Assembly: GCA_964646045.1 (NCBI GenBank)
Contig: CAZYAW010000088.1
Span: forward strand, 239 to 64,238
Direction: 5' to 3'
Length of the DNA stretch: 64,000 bases
DNA from: an uncultured Victivallales bacterium
Lineage (GTDB): Bacteria > Verrucomicrobiota > Kiritimatiellia > UBA8416 > SLMC01
Shown here: positions 10,318 through 19,587 of the stretch, piece by piece
How the letters are laid out: every line of letters begins with the position of its first letter
Numbering within the stretch: position 1 is the stretch's first letter
Program-made: the position numbers and the translations under genes
The notes under the pieces: generated by a model
Database searches by the model: none
The model's input: only the letters and a program-made list of their open reading frames with translations
What the model was told of the DNA's origin: nothing

Positions 10318-10346
10318 ACTCTAGTTGTCCACCCGTACTCTGTCAA
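10318..10346 (-). promoter_or_regulatory. Sigma70-like promoter (TTGACA-N17-TAGAGT) upstream of the TPR/lpxK block
   Basis: Minus-strand -35 at 10341-10346 and -10 at 10318-10323, about 50 nt upstream of the TPR ATG (10258). Confidence 0.3.
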
Positions 10347-10443
10347 GACCGCAATTTCACTTCTCGGCCGTTCGCCTTGCGCACGGGGTGTTGCCAGAGC
10401 CTCCATCGGGCGCCATTGATCCTGGACTAACCGCACGGACGCT

Positions 10444-11724
10444 TTATTCACGGTTTCCGGCCGACGCCAGAGCCCGGGCCAGCGCCAGCAGCAGGATCAG
10501 ATTCACGCCGAGGCCCCGCACCAGCAGGGGGCTCCAGACGCTGTTGACGCAGAAGGCGAGCAGCGCGCCGAAGACTCCCAGCGCCAAGCCGCGCGACAGA
10601 GCGTCGCGCGCCCGCGCATAGCCCTGCATGGCCAGCGTCAAACCGCGCAGCAAGACGCCCAGCCAGACGAGCAGGCCGGGCAGACCCAGCGTAGCGGCTA
10701 CCACGAGATAGAGGTTCTGCGAATCGGGTTCGGCGGCTTGCGTCGCGTCCGGCAGGGCGCCGTAGTACTGGCCGATCCAGCGCTGGTAGTTCCCGAGGCC
10801 CACCCCACGCCAGGGATGCTCGCCGATCATAAACAGCGCCGCCTGCCATTCGGCGTAGCGCTGCGCTATGCGGGATTCGTCCTGCGCGTCGCACAGCATG
10901 ACGGAACGATGCAGAACGGTCGGATTGTCGCGCGGCAACCCGCCGCCGGCCACGGCCGCCCAGCACAGCGCCACGACCGAGAACAGCGCGAAGGCGCGCG
11001 AACCGCGCGCGACGAAGACCATCAGCGCGCACGCCAGAAAAGACGCCAGAAAACTGCCGCCCGCCAGCATGACGCTCCACCCCGCCAACAGTAGCAACCC
11101 ATACCAGATCCGGCGCGCGCGATGACGATCAAAGAGCAGCAGACCAAAGGTCAGCGGCAGAATCATGGCCAGGTAGCCGCCAAACACGTTGCGATTGTTA
11201 AAGGTGGCCCGTACGGCGAAATCCGGCACAGCGGGCGAAACATACTGCAGCATCCCCGCCGCCAGACACAGGGAGGCGGAGCCCAACGCCAGCCACACGA
11301 GAACGCGGGCCTGGAAAAAAGTCGTCAGCGCAACGGTGAAGAGCAGATAGGCCACCAGAAAATATTCGATCCACTGAAAGGCGTCCTTCATGGCCAGAAA
11401 CCTGCTGACAGCATGGCAGACGGAGCCGACGGCCAGGACGGCCAGCAAGACGTGCAGGAGCGGCGGACAGGGCAGCGCGCGCAAGCGTCGCAAAAGGACC
11501 GACCGCCGGCCGGACGCCGGCAAGCGCCCGCCCGTCTCAGACTCGCACGGGGTCAGCGCCGTATAGCCCAGCCAGGCGGACCACGCCAGCCAGATCAGCG
11601 GGTCCACAACCGAGAGGGTGGCGCGACCGGCCACAGCGATCCCGAACTGGGTGGGCGCCAGCGCGACCGTCGCCAGCGCACCCCACCGGGCCACGTTTTT
11701 CAAAAGCGAACGCATGCGATTCAT
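10444..11724 (-). CDS. O-antigen ligase/polymerase family (Wzy_C-like) polytopic membrane protein
   Basis: About 11 TM segments, a large loop and a C-terminal GVGLGNYQRW...NLYL motif typical of the WaaL/Wzy_C family. True start is the ATG at 11724 (MNRMRSLL); the upstream 94 codons are R/G-rich read-through. ATGA overlap with the upstream GT4. Confidence 0.6.
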   Translation of the reverse strand: MNRMRSLLKNVARWGALATVALAPTQFGIAVAGRATLSVVDPLIWLAWSAWLGYTALTPCESETGGRLPASGRRSVLLRRLRALPCPPLLHVLLAVLAVGSVCHAVSRFLAMKDAFQWIEYFLVAYLLFTVALTTFFQARVLVWLALGSASLCLAAGMLQYVSPAVPDFAVRATFNNRNVFGGYLAMILPLTFGLLLFDRHRARRIWYGLLLLAGWSVMLAGGSFLASFLACALMVFVARGSRAFALFSVVALCWAAVAGGGLPRDNPTVLHRSVMLCDAQDESRIAQRYAEWQAALFMIGEHPWRGVGLGNYQRWIGQYYGALPDATQAAEPDSQNLYLVVAATLGLPGLLVWLGVLLRGLTLAMQGYARARDALSRGLALGVFGALLAFCVNSVWSPLLVRGLGVNLILLLALARALASAGNRE

Positions 11725-12887
11725 ATAACTCCTTTGCGGTACACATCCTCCGTTTGCGCGATCATGTCTTCCAGCCGAAAGGCTTGCGCCACGCGCTGCG
11801 ACGCGCACCGCCCCATTTGCGCGCCCCGATCCGCATGCGCCAGCAGTTCCGCCAGCGCGTCCGCCAGGGCCGCCGGTTGCGCGGGAGGCGTCAAAATGCC
11901 GCTGCGGCCGTCCTCGACGGCCTCGGGTACGCCGCCGACCGCCGTGGCGACCACGGCCTTGCCGGCCGCCATGGCGTCGAGCAGTCCGTAGGGCAGCCCT
12001 TCCCAAAGAGAAGGCTGCACAAAAATGTCGATCGCTCCGTACAACGCTTCCGGGTCCGCCGGCGCCGGCAACAGACGCATCATGCCGTCCAAACCGCGGC
12101 GGCGCAGCCGGATCTCGATGTTTCTTCTGCGGGGTCCGTCGCCCGCCACCACCACCTTGAGACGGGGATGGGCGGGCCGCAACAGCGCGACGGCGGCGAT
12201 CAGCGTCTCCCAGCCCTTCTGCGGGACCAGCCGCCCGATGCCGCCCACCAGCGTTTCAGACGGCAGAATCCCGAGGCGGCGACGTTCGGCCGCGCCCGAC
12301 GCCGGCGACGCCGCAGGCGAGCGCACCCTGATGCCGTTGTGAATCGTCACGAACTTGCGCGGCGGCGCCAGCGCGCGCCGCAGGGCGTCGCGCCGTTCGT
12401 CCTCGCACACGCAGATGAAACGATCGGTCCAGCCCGCCGCCATTTTTTCCAGGCGCTCGTACAAAAACATCAGCGGCGTGGCCGCGCGCATGCGAAAGGG
12501 AAAGACATGCGGCGTATGCACCGTACAAGGCGGTCGGCCGACGCGGCGGGCCGCCCACCGTCCCAGAAAGCCGGCCTTGGACGAATGGGTATGCAGCACG
12601 TCGCAGGGATGTCGGCGCAGATGGCGCGTCATAGCGAGGCCCGCCGCAAGATCGCGCCAGGGCCGATCCAAATTGCGACGCATCGGCGCCTGATACACGG
12701 GAATGTCGAGGGCCGCCAGGCGGGCGGCATCCTCTGCGAAGCGCGGATTGCGCAGCGGCGAACAGAGCACGGCCACACGGAAGCGCGCGCGATCGAGATT
12801 TTCGGCCAAATCGAAAAGGTGACGCCGCGTCCCGCCCGCCATGGCCTCGGTCGCCAGAAGCACGGATATGATGCGCTCGGCGCTCAC
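11721..12887 (-). CDS. Glycosyltransferase family 4
   Basis: GT4 motifs (GGTRRHLFDLAENL.., VQPSLWEGLPYGLLDAMAAGKAVVAT). GTG start at 12887 overlaps the flippase stop (GTGA). Confidence 0.75.
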   Translation of the reverse strand: MSAERIISVLLATEAMAGGTRRHLFDLAENLDRARFRVAVLCSPLRNPRFAEDAARLAALDIPVYQAPMRRNLDRPWRDLAAGLAMTRHLRRHPCDVLHTHSSKAGFLGRWAARRVGRPPCTVHTPHVFPFRMRAATPLMFLYERLEKMAAGWTDRFICVCEDERRDALRRALAPPRKFVTIHNGIRVRSPAASPASGAAERRRLGILPSETLVGGIGRLVPQKGWETLIAAVALLRPAHPRLKVVVAGDGPRRRNIEIRLRRRGLDGMMRLLPAPADPEALYGAIDIFVQPSLWEGLPYGLLDAMAAGKAVVATAVGGVPEAVEDGRSGILTPPAQPAALADALAELLAHADRGAQMGRCASQRVAQAFRLEDMIAQTEDVYRKGVI

Positions 12888-14491
12888 GAACGGTTCCCCC
12901 CGCGCCCGCGTCCGATCCACGTGACGCCCCATTGCCAGGCCACCCGAACCTCCCGCACCCGCATCAGCCACAACGTGCCGCCAAAGACCAGCAGGCCGAC
13001 GACGGCGCACAGCGCCATCGGCACCACCAGTTGCGCAACGGCGGCCGACAAACCAACCGTTTCCGACAGTCCCCGCCGTACACCCGTCGCGCCTCCGACC
13101 GCCGTCATGGCTCCGGCCATCAGCGCGCCGGCCGCGAACAGTTTGAGCAGGAACAGCGCGTTTTCGCGCGCATGCGACAAGGGGGTGATTCTCCGTATCA
13201 GCAGGAGCAGCACCACCACCTTGGTCAGTTTGGAAAGAGTTTCGGCCAGAGGAATGCTGACGACCCCGAGCGTTTCCCGCATCAGCGCCACCGCCGCCAC
13301 GTGCAGCGCCACGCAGCCGAGGCCCACGACCATGGGGGTCAGCGTGTTCTGCGCGGAAAAATAGAAGCGCATCAGCATGATTTCCCAGGCCAGCACGGTC
13401 AGACCGGCCATATAGAAGAGCAGCAGATCCGCCGTGACAACCGCATCCGCCAGCGAAAAGGCGCCGCGAAAGAAAATCAGTTGCACGAACGGCAGGCGCA
13501 AGACGCCGATTCCCACGGAAAGCGGCACGAACAGCAAGGCCATCAGCCGCAATGTTTGCGCCAGGGCCGCGCCGGCGCCGCGCAGTTCCTTGCGGGCGGT
13601 CATTTCCGAAAAATAGGGATAGATCACCGTGCCCACGGCAAACGGGATCAGCACCACAATGGTATCCGACAACCGCTTGGCGTAGCCCAGGGTCCCGGGC
13701 AGCCCGGCCCCCATGCCGGAGGCAAACCAGTAGTTGAGAATGACCCGACTCTGCGCCACCAGCGTCCCGATCAGAATCGGCAGCATCAGCCGCCGCAGTT
13801 TTCGCATGGCCGGACTGCGCAGATCCAGCGACGGCCGCAAAAGGCACAAGGTCCGGCCGAATCCGCCGGCCAGCAGCAGCGCCCAGACCAACGCGCCCAG
13901 CACGACGCCGATCCCCAAACCGCGAATGCCCCAGACCGCGTACAGCGCCAACAGAACGCCGACCGTCGTGGCCCGGTTGATCGTTTCGCCGAGAGCCGGA
14001 ATGCCGAAGCGCTTGTAGGCGTGCATCATCAAAGAGCCCTGCCAGACCAGCGTCATGAAGAAGGCGGCCGGCAGCATCAGGCGGATCATGGTTCCGATCA
14101 ACGCCACCGTTGCCGCGTCGCGACCGTCGGAAACCCATTGCGCCAGGCGGTCGGCATGCAGCATGCCGATCACAGTCGCGGCGCCCGCCAGCAGCGCCAT
14201 CCACGTGCCGACGGAACCCGCGAAGCGCCAGGCCGCGACCTCGCCCTGCTCTTCCTTTACTTTCGAGAACAGGGGCAGAAACGGCTGCAAAAGATCGCGG
14301 GGAATGATGATCAGCGTGAAGACGACGCTGGAAAAGGCCAGGGTATAGGCGTCCACTTCCATGCCGGTCCCGAAGCGGTCGGCAATGACGGCCGTTTGCA
14401 GCAGGCCCAGCCCTTTGGCGAGAACGGTGAAGAAACTGATCAGGGACGCCCCGCCGGCGACTTTGCCCCACAGACGAGATGGCATATTCAC
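12884..14491 (-). CDS. MOP-superfamily flippase with MurJ-like N-terminus (second MurJ/Wzx-like paralog)
   Basis: 14 predicted TM segments. N-terminal region (LAKGLGLLQTAVIADRFGTGMEVDAYTLAF) resembles the MurJ signature. Embedded in the GT4 operon. Confidence 0.65.
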   Translation of the reverse strand: MNMPSRLWGKVAGGASLISFFTVLAKGLGLLQTAVIADRFGTGMEVDAYTLAFSSVVFTLIIIPRDLLQPFLPLFSKVKEEQGEVAAWRFAGSVGTWMALLAGAATVIGMLHADRLAQWVSDGRDAATVALIGTMIRLMLPAAFFMTLVWQGSLMMHAYKRFGIPALGETINRATTVGVLLALYAVWGIRGLGIGVVLGALVWALLLAGGFGRTLCLLRPSLDLRSPAMRKLRRLMLPILIGTLVAQSRVILNYWFASGMGAGLPGTLGYAKRLSDTIVVLIPFAVGTVIYPYFSEMTARKELRGAGAALAQTLRLMALLFVPLSVGIGVLRLPFVQLIFFRGAFSLADAVVTADLLLFYMAGLTVLAWEIMLMRFYFSAQNTLTPMVVGLGCVALHVAAVALMRETLGVVSIPLAETLSKLTKVVVLLLLIRRITPLSHARENALFLLKLFAAGALMAGAMTAVGGATGVRRGLSETVGLSAAVAQLVVPMALCAVVGLLVFGGTLWLMRVREVRVAWQWGVTWIGRGRGGNRS

Positions 14492-15702
14492 GAACCTTTC
14501 CTGTGCCGAAAGCGCCGAACCAGCGTCTCCGTATTCTTGACGGCGTCAAAACGAGTCAGAACCGTTGCGCGGCCCGCCCGCCCCATGCGTGCGGCCAGAT
14601 CGGGATCCGCCAGCAGCCGCCCGATCCGCTCGGCCAGCGCGCGGCTGTCGCCCGGCGCAATCAGGAAGCCCTGCCGCCCGTCGGTCACGGCTTCGTCGGC
14701 CGCGCAGGCGGTGGTGGCGATCACCGGCAGCGACCAGGCCATGGCCTCGAGCAACACATTGGGCAAGCCGTCGCGGTCGCCGTCCGGCGCCACGACCGAG
14801 GGCTGCGCCAGCAGCCGCGCCCGCGCGTAGTCGTCCCGCAGTTCCGCCGGGCTGCGGGCGCCGCCAAACTCGACCAGGTGCGCGACGCCCAGGCGCGCCG
14901 CCGTTTGTTCGAGAGCCGCCCGCAGCGGACCGTCGCCCACTACTCGCACGCGCACCGCGCGGCCGTCGTCCAGCAACTGACGACAGGCCTGCAGCAGAAT
15001 GTGAAAGCCCTTTTTAGGAACCAGCCGACCGACCGCCAAAACGAATTCCGGCCGCCGCGGGCCGACGGCGAGATCGGGCGGCAGCAGTCCGTGATGCGCC
15101 AACAGGATTTTCGCGTGTTCCGCGGCGGGCGTTAGATCGCGCAAACGACGGTAGCCCGGCCGCGTGCAGACGGTCGCGAAAGCGGCCCGCCGCAGCTTCC
15201 AGGCGAGGGCGCGGTTGCTTGGTAAAAAAATATCGCGGGCATGTCCGGCAAAACTGAACGGAACCGCCAGCAACAGAGCGACGACCAGTCCGACCTCGGC
15301 GGGCGCCGTGGCGAAAGCGGCATGGACATGCGTCACGCCCGCGCGGCGGGCGCGTTCGGCCCAATAAACGGCCGGCGGTCCGGCGCGCAGCCAGCGCCAG
15401 GCTCCAACCGGATCCCTCGGCGTCCGCGACAACATCAAAGCCAGATAGCGCAACAGCCGCAACGGATGACGCAACGGAAAGGTCAGCCACGTCCGCGCCC
15501 CGCGCCACGAGCGCCAATCCGACGCATAGACGGTGTGCGTCGCCCACGGCCCGGCGGCGCCCTGCGGCCCGGCGGCGGTCGACGGACGCTGGAGCGCAAA
15601 AACGGCCACGCTCAGTCCCTGCCGTTGCAGCGCGAGCATTTCGCGCAGAATAAACGTCTCGGACAGACAGGGAAACACTCCCAAAATGTAGGCGATTTTC
15701 AT
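14488..15702 (-). CDS. Glycosyltransferase family 4
   Basis: True start ATG at 15702 (MKIAYILGVFP); the upstream ~290 codons are R/G-rich read-through. C-terminal GT4 motif (EAMAWSLPVIAT). ATGA overlap with the upstream gene and GTGA with the downstream gene. Confidence 0.75.
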   Translation of the reverse strand: MKIAYILGVFPCLSETFILREMLALQRQGLSVAVFALQRPSTAAGPQGAAGPWATHTVYASDWRSWRGARTWLTFPLRHPLRLLRYLALMLSRTPRDPVGAWRWLRAGPPAVYWAERARRAGVTHVHAAFATAPAEVGLVVALLLAVPFSFAGHARDIFLPSNRALAWKLRRAAFATVCTRPGYRRLRDLTPAAEHAKILLAHHGLLPPDLAVGPRRPEFVLAVGRLVPKKGFHILLQACRQLLDDGRAVRVRVVGDGPLRAALEQTAARLGVAHLVEFGGARSPAELRDDYARARLLAQPSVVAPDGDRDGLPNVLLEAMAWSLPVIATTACAADEAVTDGRQGFLIAPGDSRALAERIGRLLADPDLAARMGRAGRATVLTRFDAVKNTETLVRRFRHRKGS

Positions 15703-16874
15703 AGGGAACCGTACAACGCCAGTAAATCCTGCCGGTAGCGCTCCAGCCCGAAACGGCGGTGGACATCGACCCGGGCGGCCCGGGCCAGTTGATGGCGGCG
15801 CTCCGCGTCGGCGGCCAGCCGCAGAACGGAGCGCGCCAGCGCCGCCGGGTCGGGCTCGGCCAGCAGACCGTTGACCTCGTGCCGCACGATTTCGCGCGGG
15901 CCGCCGGAGTCCAGCGCCACTACGGGCCGCCCCATGGCCATGGCTTCGACCACGGCGCGACCAAACGGCTCGTTCAGAGCCGGATGCACCAGCAGGTCCA
16001 TGGCTTCGTACATGGCGGGCATATCGTCGCGAAAGCCGGCGAACCGTACGCGATCCGTCAAGCCGTAGGCCTGCGCGAGGTCTTGCAGGCGGCGCACATA
16101 CCGCGCCTGCTCGCCGAAAAGATCGGCGCCCCCCAGCAGGAAGCCCATGGCCGCGCGACTGCGAGCCGCCTGCCGCGCCATTTCGAGAAACAGGACATGA
16201 CCTTTCCAGGGACTCATGTGCGCCACCATGCCCACCACGAAGTGCCGAACGTCGAAGTCGAACTCGCGGCGCGCGGCGGTCCGCAAACCGCGCTCGCGGA
16301 ACTCGTCTGTATCGACCGCGTTGTATATCACGTCCAGCGGATGCGGCCCGTTCCGTTGCGCGCCGCCCGCCGCGCCCGCGCCGACGCGCGCAAGCGCCTC
16401 GGCGACCGCCGCCGAGACCGCCACCGTGCGAGTCGCCAGCGCGGCCATGCGGCGCGCCAGCCGGCGGGAAGTCGGCATGTCGCGACAATGCCAGACGGCG
16501 GGCACCCCGGCGAGCCGGGCCGCCAGTCCGCCGTAAAGATGAGCCGTACTGCTGTTGGAATGAACCCATGCCACGCCCTGCCGCCGCATCAGACCGGCCA
16601 GGCGTCGCGCGCAGAGTCCCAGACGAAAGGCGTCGCGCATCAGGCGCAGCGCATTGCGCGTGCGGCGCATACGCACGACCGGCGCACAGGAAACGTCGAT
16701 GGCCCGCTCCGCCAAGCGTTGTCGCAACGGGCCGTTGCCGGGCAAGACCACCAGGGGCCGATAACGGGTCTCGCGCAGCAGGGTCGCCATGTCCAGCAAA
16801 CCGCGCTCCGCCCCGCCAAACGCCGAGACATGATTCAGCAACAGAACCTTGACGCCGGACTCGGGTTCGGACAT
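15699..16874 (-). CDS. Glycosyltransferase family 4
   Basis: GT4 motifs (VKVLLLNHVSAFGGAERGL, VHPALNEPFGRAVVEAMAMGRPVVA). Confidence 0.75.
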   Translation of the reverse strand: MSEPESGVKVLLLNHVSAFGGAERGLLDMATLLRETRYRPLVVLPGNGPLRQRLAERAIDVSCAPVVRMRRTRNALRLMRDAFRLGLCARRLAGLMRRQGVAWVHSNSSTAHLYGGLAARLAGVPAVWHCRDMPTSRRLARRMAALATRTVAVSAAVAEALARVGAGAAGGAQRNGPHPLDVIYNAVDTDEFRERGLRTAARREFDFDVRHFVVGMVAHMSPWKGHVLFLEMARQAARSRAAMGFLLGGADLFGEQARYVRRLQDLAQAYGLTDRVRFAGFRDDMPAMYEAMDLLVHPALNEPFGRAVVEAMAMGRPVVALDSGGPREIVRHEVNGLLAEPDPAALARSVLRLAADAERRHQLARAARVDVHRRFGLERYRQDLLALYGSL

Positions 16875-16897
16875 GAAAGCCGCCTATCCTGATCGCG

Positions 16898-17326
16898 TCA
16901 GGCCGCTGCGGACGCTTCGGCGAACCTTTTCTCGATCTCCTTGATCAGCGTCGACAGGGCGACAGGCTTGAGCAGCAGCGAGCAGGAAGGATTTCTGCGC
17001 ACCATTTCCTCGATGTCTTCGGGCGGCAGATACCCGGTGAAAAAAATAATATTGGGTTCCGCCATACTCTGCTCCTCGCAGAACATGCGAATTTCGTATT
17101 CCGCCGCCCGCCCGTCCATGACCGGCATGTGGATGTCCATGACGATCAGATCGTGCTTGTGGAGGCGGAAGGCCTCGACCGCATCGAATCCGTTGGACGC
17201 CACCTCCACGCGATCATAGGGGAAATGATCCTGCAGCGCTTTCTGGTAGGTTTTCAACACGGCCGATTCGTCATCCACAATCAGTATTTGGCGGGGCCGA
17301 TGCGAACCCCCGTTTGCCGAATTCAT
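16898..17326 (-). CDS. Single-domain response regulator (CheY-like receiver)
   Basis: ILIVDDE, a phospho-acceptor Asp in LIVMDIHMP and the conserved Lys (LLLKPV). 142 aa with no output domain. Confidence 0.75.
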   Translation of the reverse strand: MNSANGGSHRPRQILIVDDESAVLKTYQKALQDHFPYDRVEVASNGFDAVEAFRLHKHDLIVMDIHMPVMDGRAAEYEIRMFCEEQSMAEPNIIFFTGYLPPEDIEEMVRRNPSCSLLLKPVALSTLIKEIEKRFAEASAAA

Positions 17327-17383
17327 GCGCTATGCCTTTCTCGTCTCTTCACTATGGCCGAAAAACCCGGTTGGCATGGAAAA

Positions 17384-17406
17384 GTGAAACAGGCTTTCAC
17401 CTGTTT
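17384..17406. repeat. Overlapping inverted repeats (GTGAAAcaggcTTTCAC / AAACAGGctttcacCCTGTTT); possible terminator or operator
   Basis: Palindromes lie in the 158-nt intergenic region between the DUF58 operon end and the response-regulator operon start. A TTTT run follows on the minus strand. Confidence 0.25.
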
Positions 17407-17484
17407 AAGCCTATAAGCAAGCTGGAAGCTTGCGCTACGTTGACCCATCCAACCGATTTTTGCGGCCATAGCCTTTCCGTTTAG

Positions 17485-18384
17485 CTACCGTCTCCGCCTT
17501 CTCGACAAACGATTCGAAAGATACCCGGACAGAATGGCGTCCAGCCTTTCGTCGGTGGCGATATCCGTCAGGTCGTAGCGAAAACGCGCGCAGACCTCGC
17601 GAATCGCCGCCAAATGACGCTCCCTCTCCCTCATATAGGCGCCAACCAGATCTTCCGGATCGCAGAGAAGACGGCCTTCGCCCTCGAGTCCGCGGAAGAT
17701 GGTCTGGCCCACAAACGGAAAATCCCTTTCCGTGGGATCCTCGATATGGAACAGCATGACATCGTGCCCCATATAGCTCATCTGGCCTAGACCCTTGACC
17801 AGCGTGTCGGTTTCATCGACAAAATCGCTGATCACCACCACGACGCCCTTGTTCTTCATTTGCGGCGCAGCGTTCAGCATGGCCCGCCCGATATCGGTCT
17901 TGTCGCCCGGCTGCATCTTGGTCATGACATCCAGCGTGTTGCGAAAATGCGAACCCGATCCCTTGGCGCCCAGAAACGAACGGATGCGTTCGTCGAACAG
18001 AACGACCCCGAAGGTATCCTTCTGCTGCATCATCAAATACGCGAGCGTGGCGACGACCGTGGAAGCGTACTCGTACTTGGACAGGGCGGCCTCTTCGCTT
18101 TTAAAGAACATCGAGGCGCTGGTATCCAGGAAAAAGTACATCGGCATGTTGGTTTCCGCCTCGTACTGTTTCACGAAGAAACGGTCCGTCTTGGCGAACA
18201 CCTTCCAGTCCAGATGCTTGGTGTCGTCGCCCTGCACGTACTGGCGATGCTGCGCGAACTCGGTGCTGATGCCCCGCAACCGGCTCTTGTGAATGCCCAT
18301 CATCAGGCTTTCCGCGAGACGGAAGCTGCGCACTTCCAGTCCCTTGACGCGGCTGACGACATGCGGATCGAAAATGTCTGCCAT
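17485..18384 (-). CDS. DUF58 (MoxR-associated vWA-like) protein
   Basis: DUF58 signature region (HRQYVQGDDTKHLDWKVFAKTDRFFVKQYE). One-nt TAATG junction with the upstream MoxR gene. Confidence 0.75.
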   Translation of the reverse strand: MADIFDPHVVSRVKGLEVRSFRLAESLMMGIHKSRLRGISTEFAQHRQYVQGDDTKHLDWKVFAKTDRFFVKQYEAETNMPMYFFLDTSASMFFKSEEAALSKYEYASTVVATLAYLMMQQKDTFGVVLFDERIRSFLGAKGSGSHFRNTLDVMTKMQPGDKTDIGRAMLNAAPQMKNKGVVVVISDFVDETDTLVKGLGQMSYMGHDVMLFHIEDPTERDFPFVGQTIFRGLEGEGRLLCDPEDLVGAYMRERERHLAAIREVCARFRYDLTDIATDERLDAILSGYLSNRLSRRRRR

Positions 18385-19577
18385 TATGCGGCCACCATGT
18401 TGAGCAGTTCATCTACAATCTTCTGGCGGGTTATGCCCTCGGCTTCGGCGGCGAAGTTGGGCTGAATGCGGTGGCCCAGAACGGCGTGCGCCACCTCCTT
18501 GACATCGTTGACGGTCACTTCATTACGTCCGTCCAGAACGGCCACGGCCTTGCCGCCAATGACCAGATACTGGCAGGCTCGCGGACCGGCGCCCCAGGAC
18601 ACCCACTTGCGCACGAACTCCGGCGCGGACGGCATGTCGCTACGGCTGGAACGGACCAGCTTGAGAATATAGTTGATCACGTCGTCGCCTATCATGACCT
18701 TGCGCACCAGCGCCTGCAGCTCGATGATTTCCTCGCGCGCCAGCACCGGCTGAATGTCCGGCTTGTAGCCGGACGTCGTCATGTCCAGAATCTGCTTCTC
18801 CTCCTGTTCACGGGGATAGCCGACGTTGACTTGGAACATGAAACGGTCCATCTGGGCTTCGGGCAACGGATAGGTGCCTTCCTGCTCGATGGGGTTCTGC
18901 GTGGCCAGCACGAAAAAAGGCGGCTCGAGGGCGCGCCGCTTGCCGCCCACCGTCACCTGCCGCTCCTGCATGGACTCGAGCAGCGACGCCTGGGTCTTGG
19001 GCGGCGTACGGTTGATTTCGTCGGCCAGCAGAATGTTGGTGAAGATCGGCCCCTCGATAAAGCGGAAACTGCGTTCGCCGGTGCTTTTGTCCTCCTGAAT
19101 GACTTCGGTGCCCGTAATGTCGGAAGGCATCAGGTCGGGCGTGAACTGCACACGCTTGAAATTGAGCGAGAGACTGGAGGCCAACGTACTGACCAGCAGC
19201 GTCTTGCCCAGGCCCGGGACACCCATGAGCAGACAGTGACCCTGCGAGAAGAGACTGACCATGGTGAGCTTGACCACTTCGTTCTGGCCGACCAGCGCCT
19301 TGCGAACCTGCGTCATGATCTTTTCGTTGGCCTCGCGCAGTTTGCCGATCTTGGCCATATCGTCGGCCGTCCATTCCTCCTGCTGCGTCATGACATAGGG
19401 CGTTTCCGGCTCTTCCTCCTTGACCGCCGCCGCGGCGGACGGCGCGGATCCCGCCTCGACAACGTCTTTCTGCTCGACGGTAAACACATTGCCGCATTTT
19501 CCGCATTCGGCTTCCTTGCCCAGCATGTCGGTTTCGCTTTCGTATGGCTGTTCGCACTTGGAACACTTGAACTTCAT
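18384..19577 (-). CDS. MoxR-family AAA+ ATPase with N-terminal C4 zinc-ribbon
   Basis: N-terminus MKFKCSKCEQ...CGKCGN (MJ0042-type ribbon), then MoxR motifs (GVPGLGKT Walker A, LADEINR Walker B). Confidence 0.8.
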   Translation of the reverse strand: MKFKCSKCEQPYESETDMLGKEAECGKCGNVFTVEQKDVVEAGSAPSAAAAVKEEEPETPYVMTQQEEWTADDMAKIGKLREANEKIMTQVRKALVGQNEVVKLTMVSLFSQGHCLLMGVPGLGKTLLVSTLASSLSLNFKRVQFTPDLMPSDITGTEVIQEDKSTGERSFRFIEGPIFTNILLADEINRTPPKTQASLLESMQERQVTVGGKRRALEPPFFVLATQNPIEQEGTYPLPEAQMDRFMFQVNVGYPREQEEKQILDMTTSGYKPDIQPVLAREEIIELQALVRKVMIGDDVINYILKLVRSSRSDMPSAPEFVRKWVSWGAGPRACQYLVIGGKAVAVLDGRNEVTVNDVKEVAHAVLGHRIQPNFAAEAEGITRQKIVDELLNMVAA

Positions 19578-19587
19578 GATCTTCCTC

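Noticed and set aside
5064-15017. Plus-strand ORFs 5064..6527, 8744..10303, 11754..13364, 12932..14830 and 14565..15017 opposite murJ, the TPR protein and the GT4/flippase genes.
   Set aside because: R/G/Q-rich antisense artefacts; the sense-strand products carry family motifs.
10444-16569. Long N-terminal extensions of ORF-track entries (ligase to 12006, GT4 to 14549, GT4 to 16569, CpaF-like to 4964, rplA/rplC/rpsL/fusA/adk upstream Ms).
   Set aside because: The upstream portions are R/G-rich read-through into neighbouring genes. Conserved family N-termini, Shine-Dalgarno sequences or 4-nt overlaps identify the internal starts used in the feature table.
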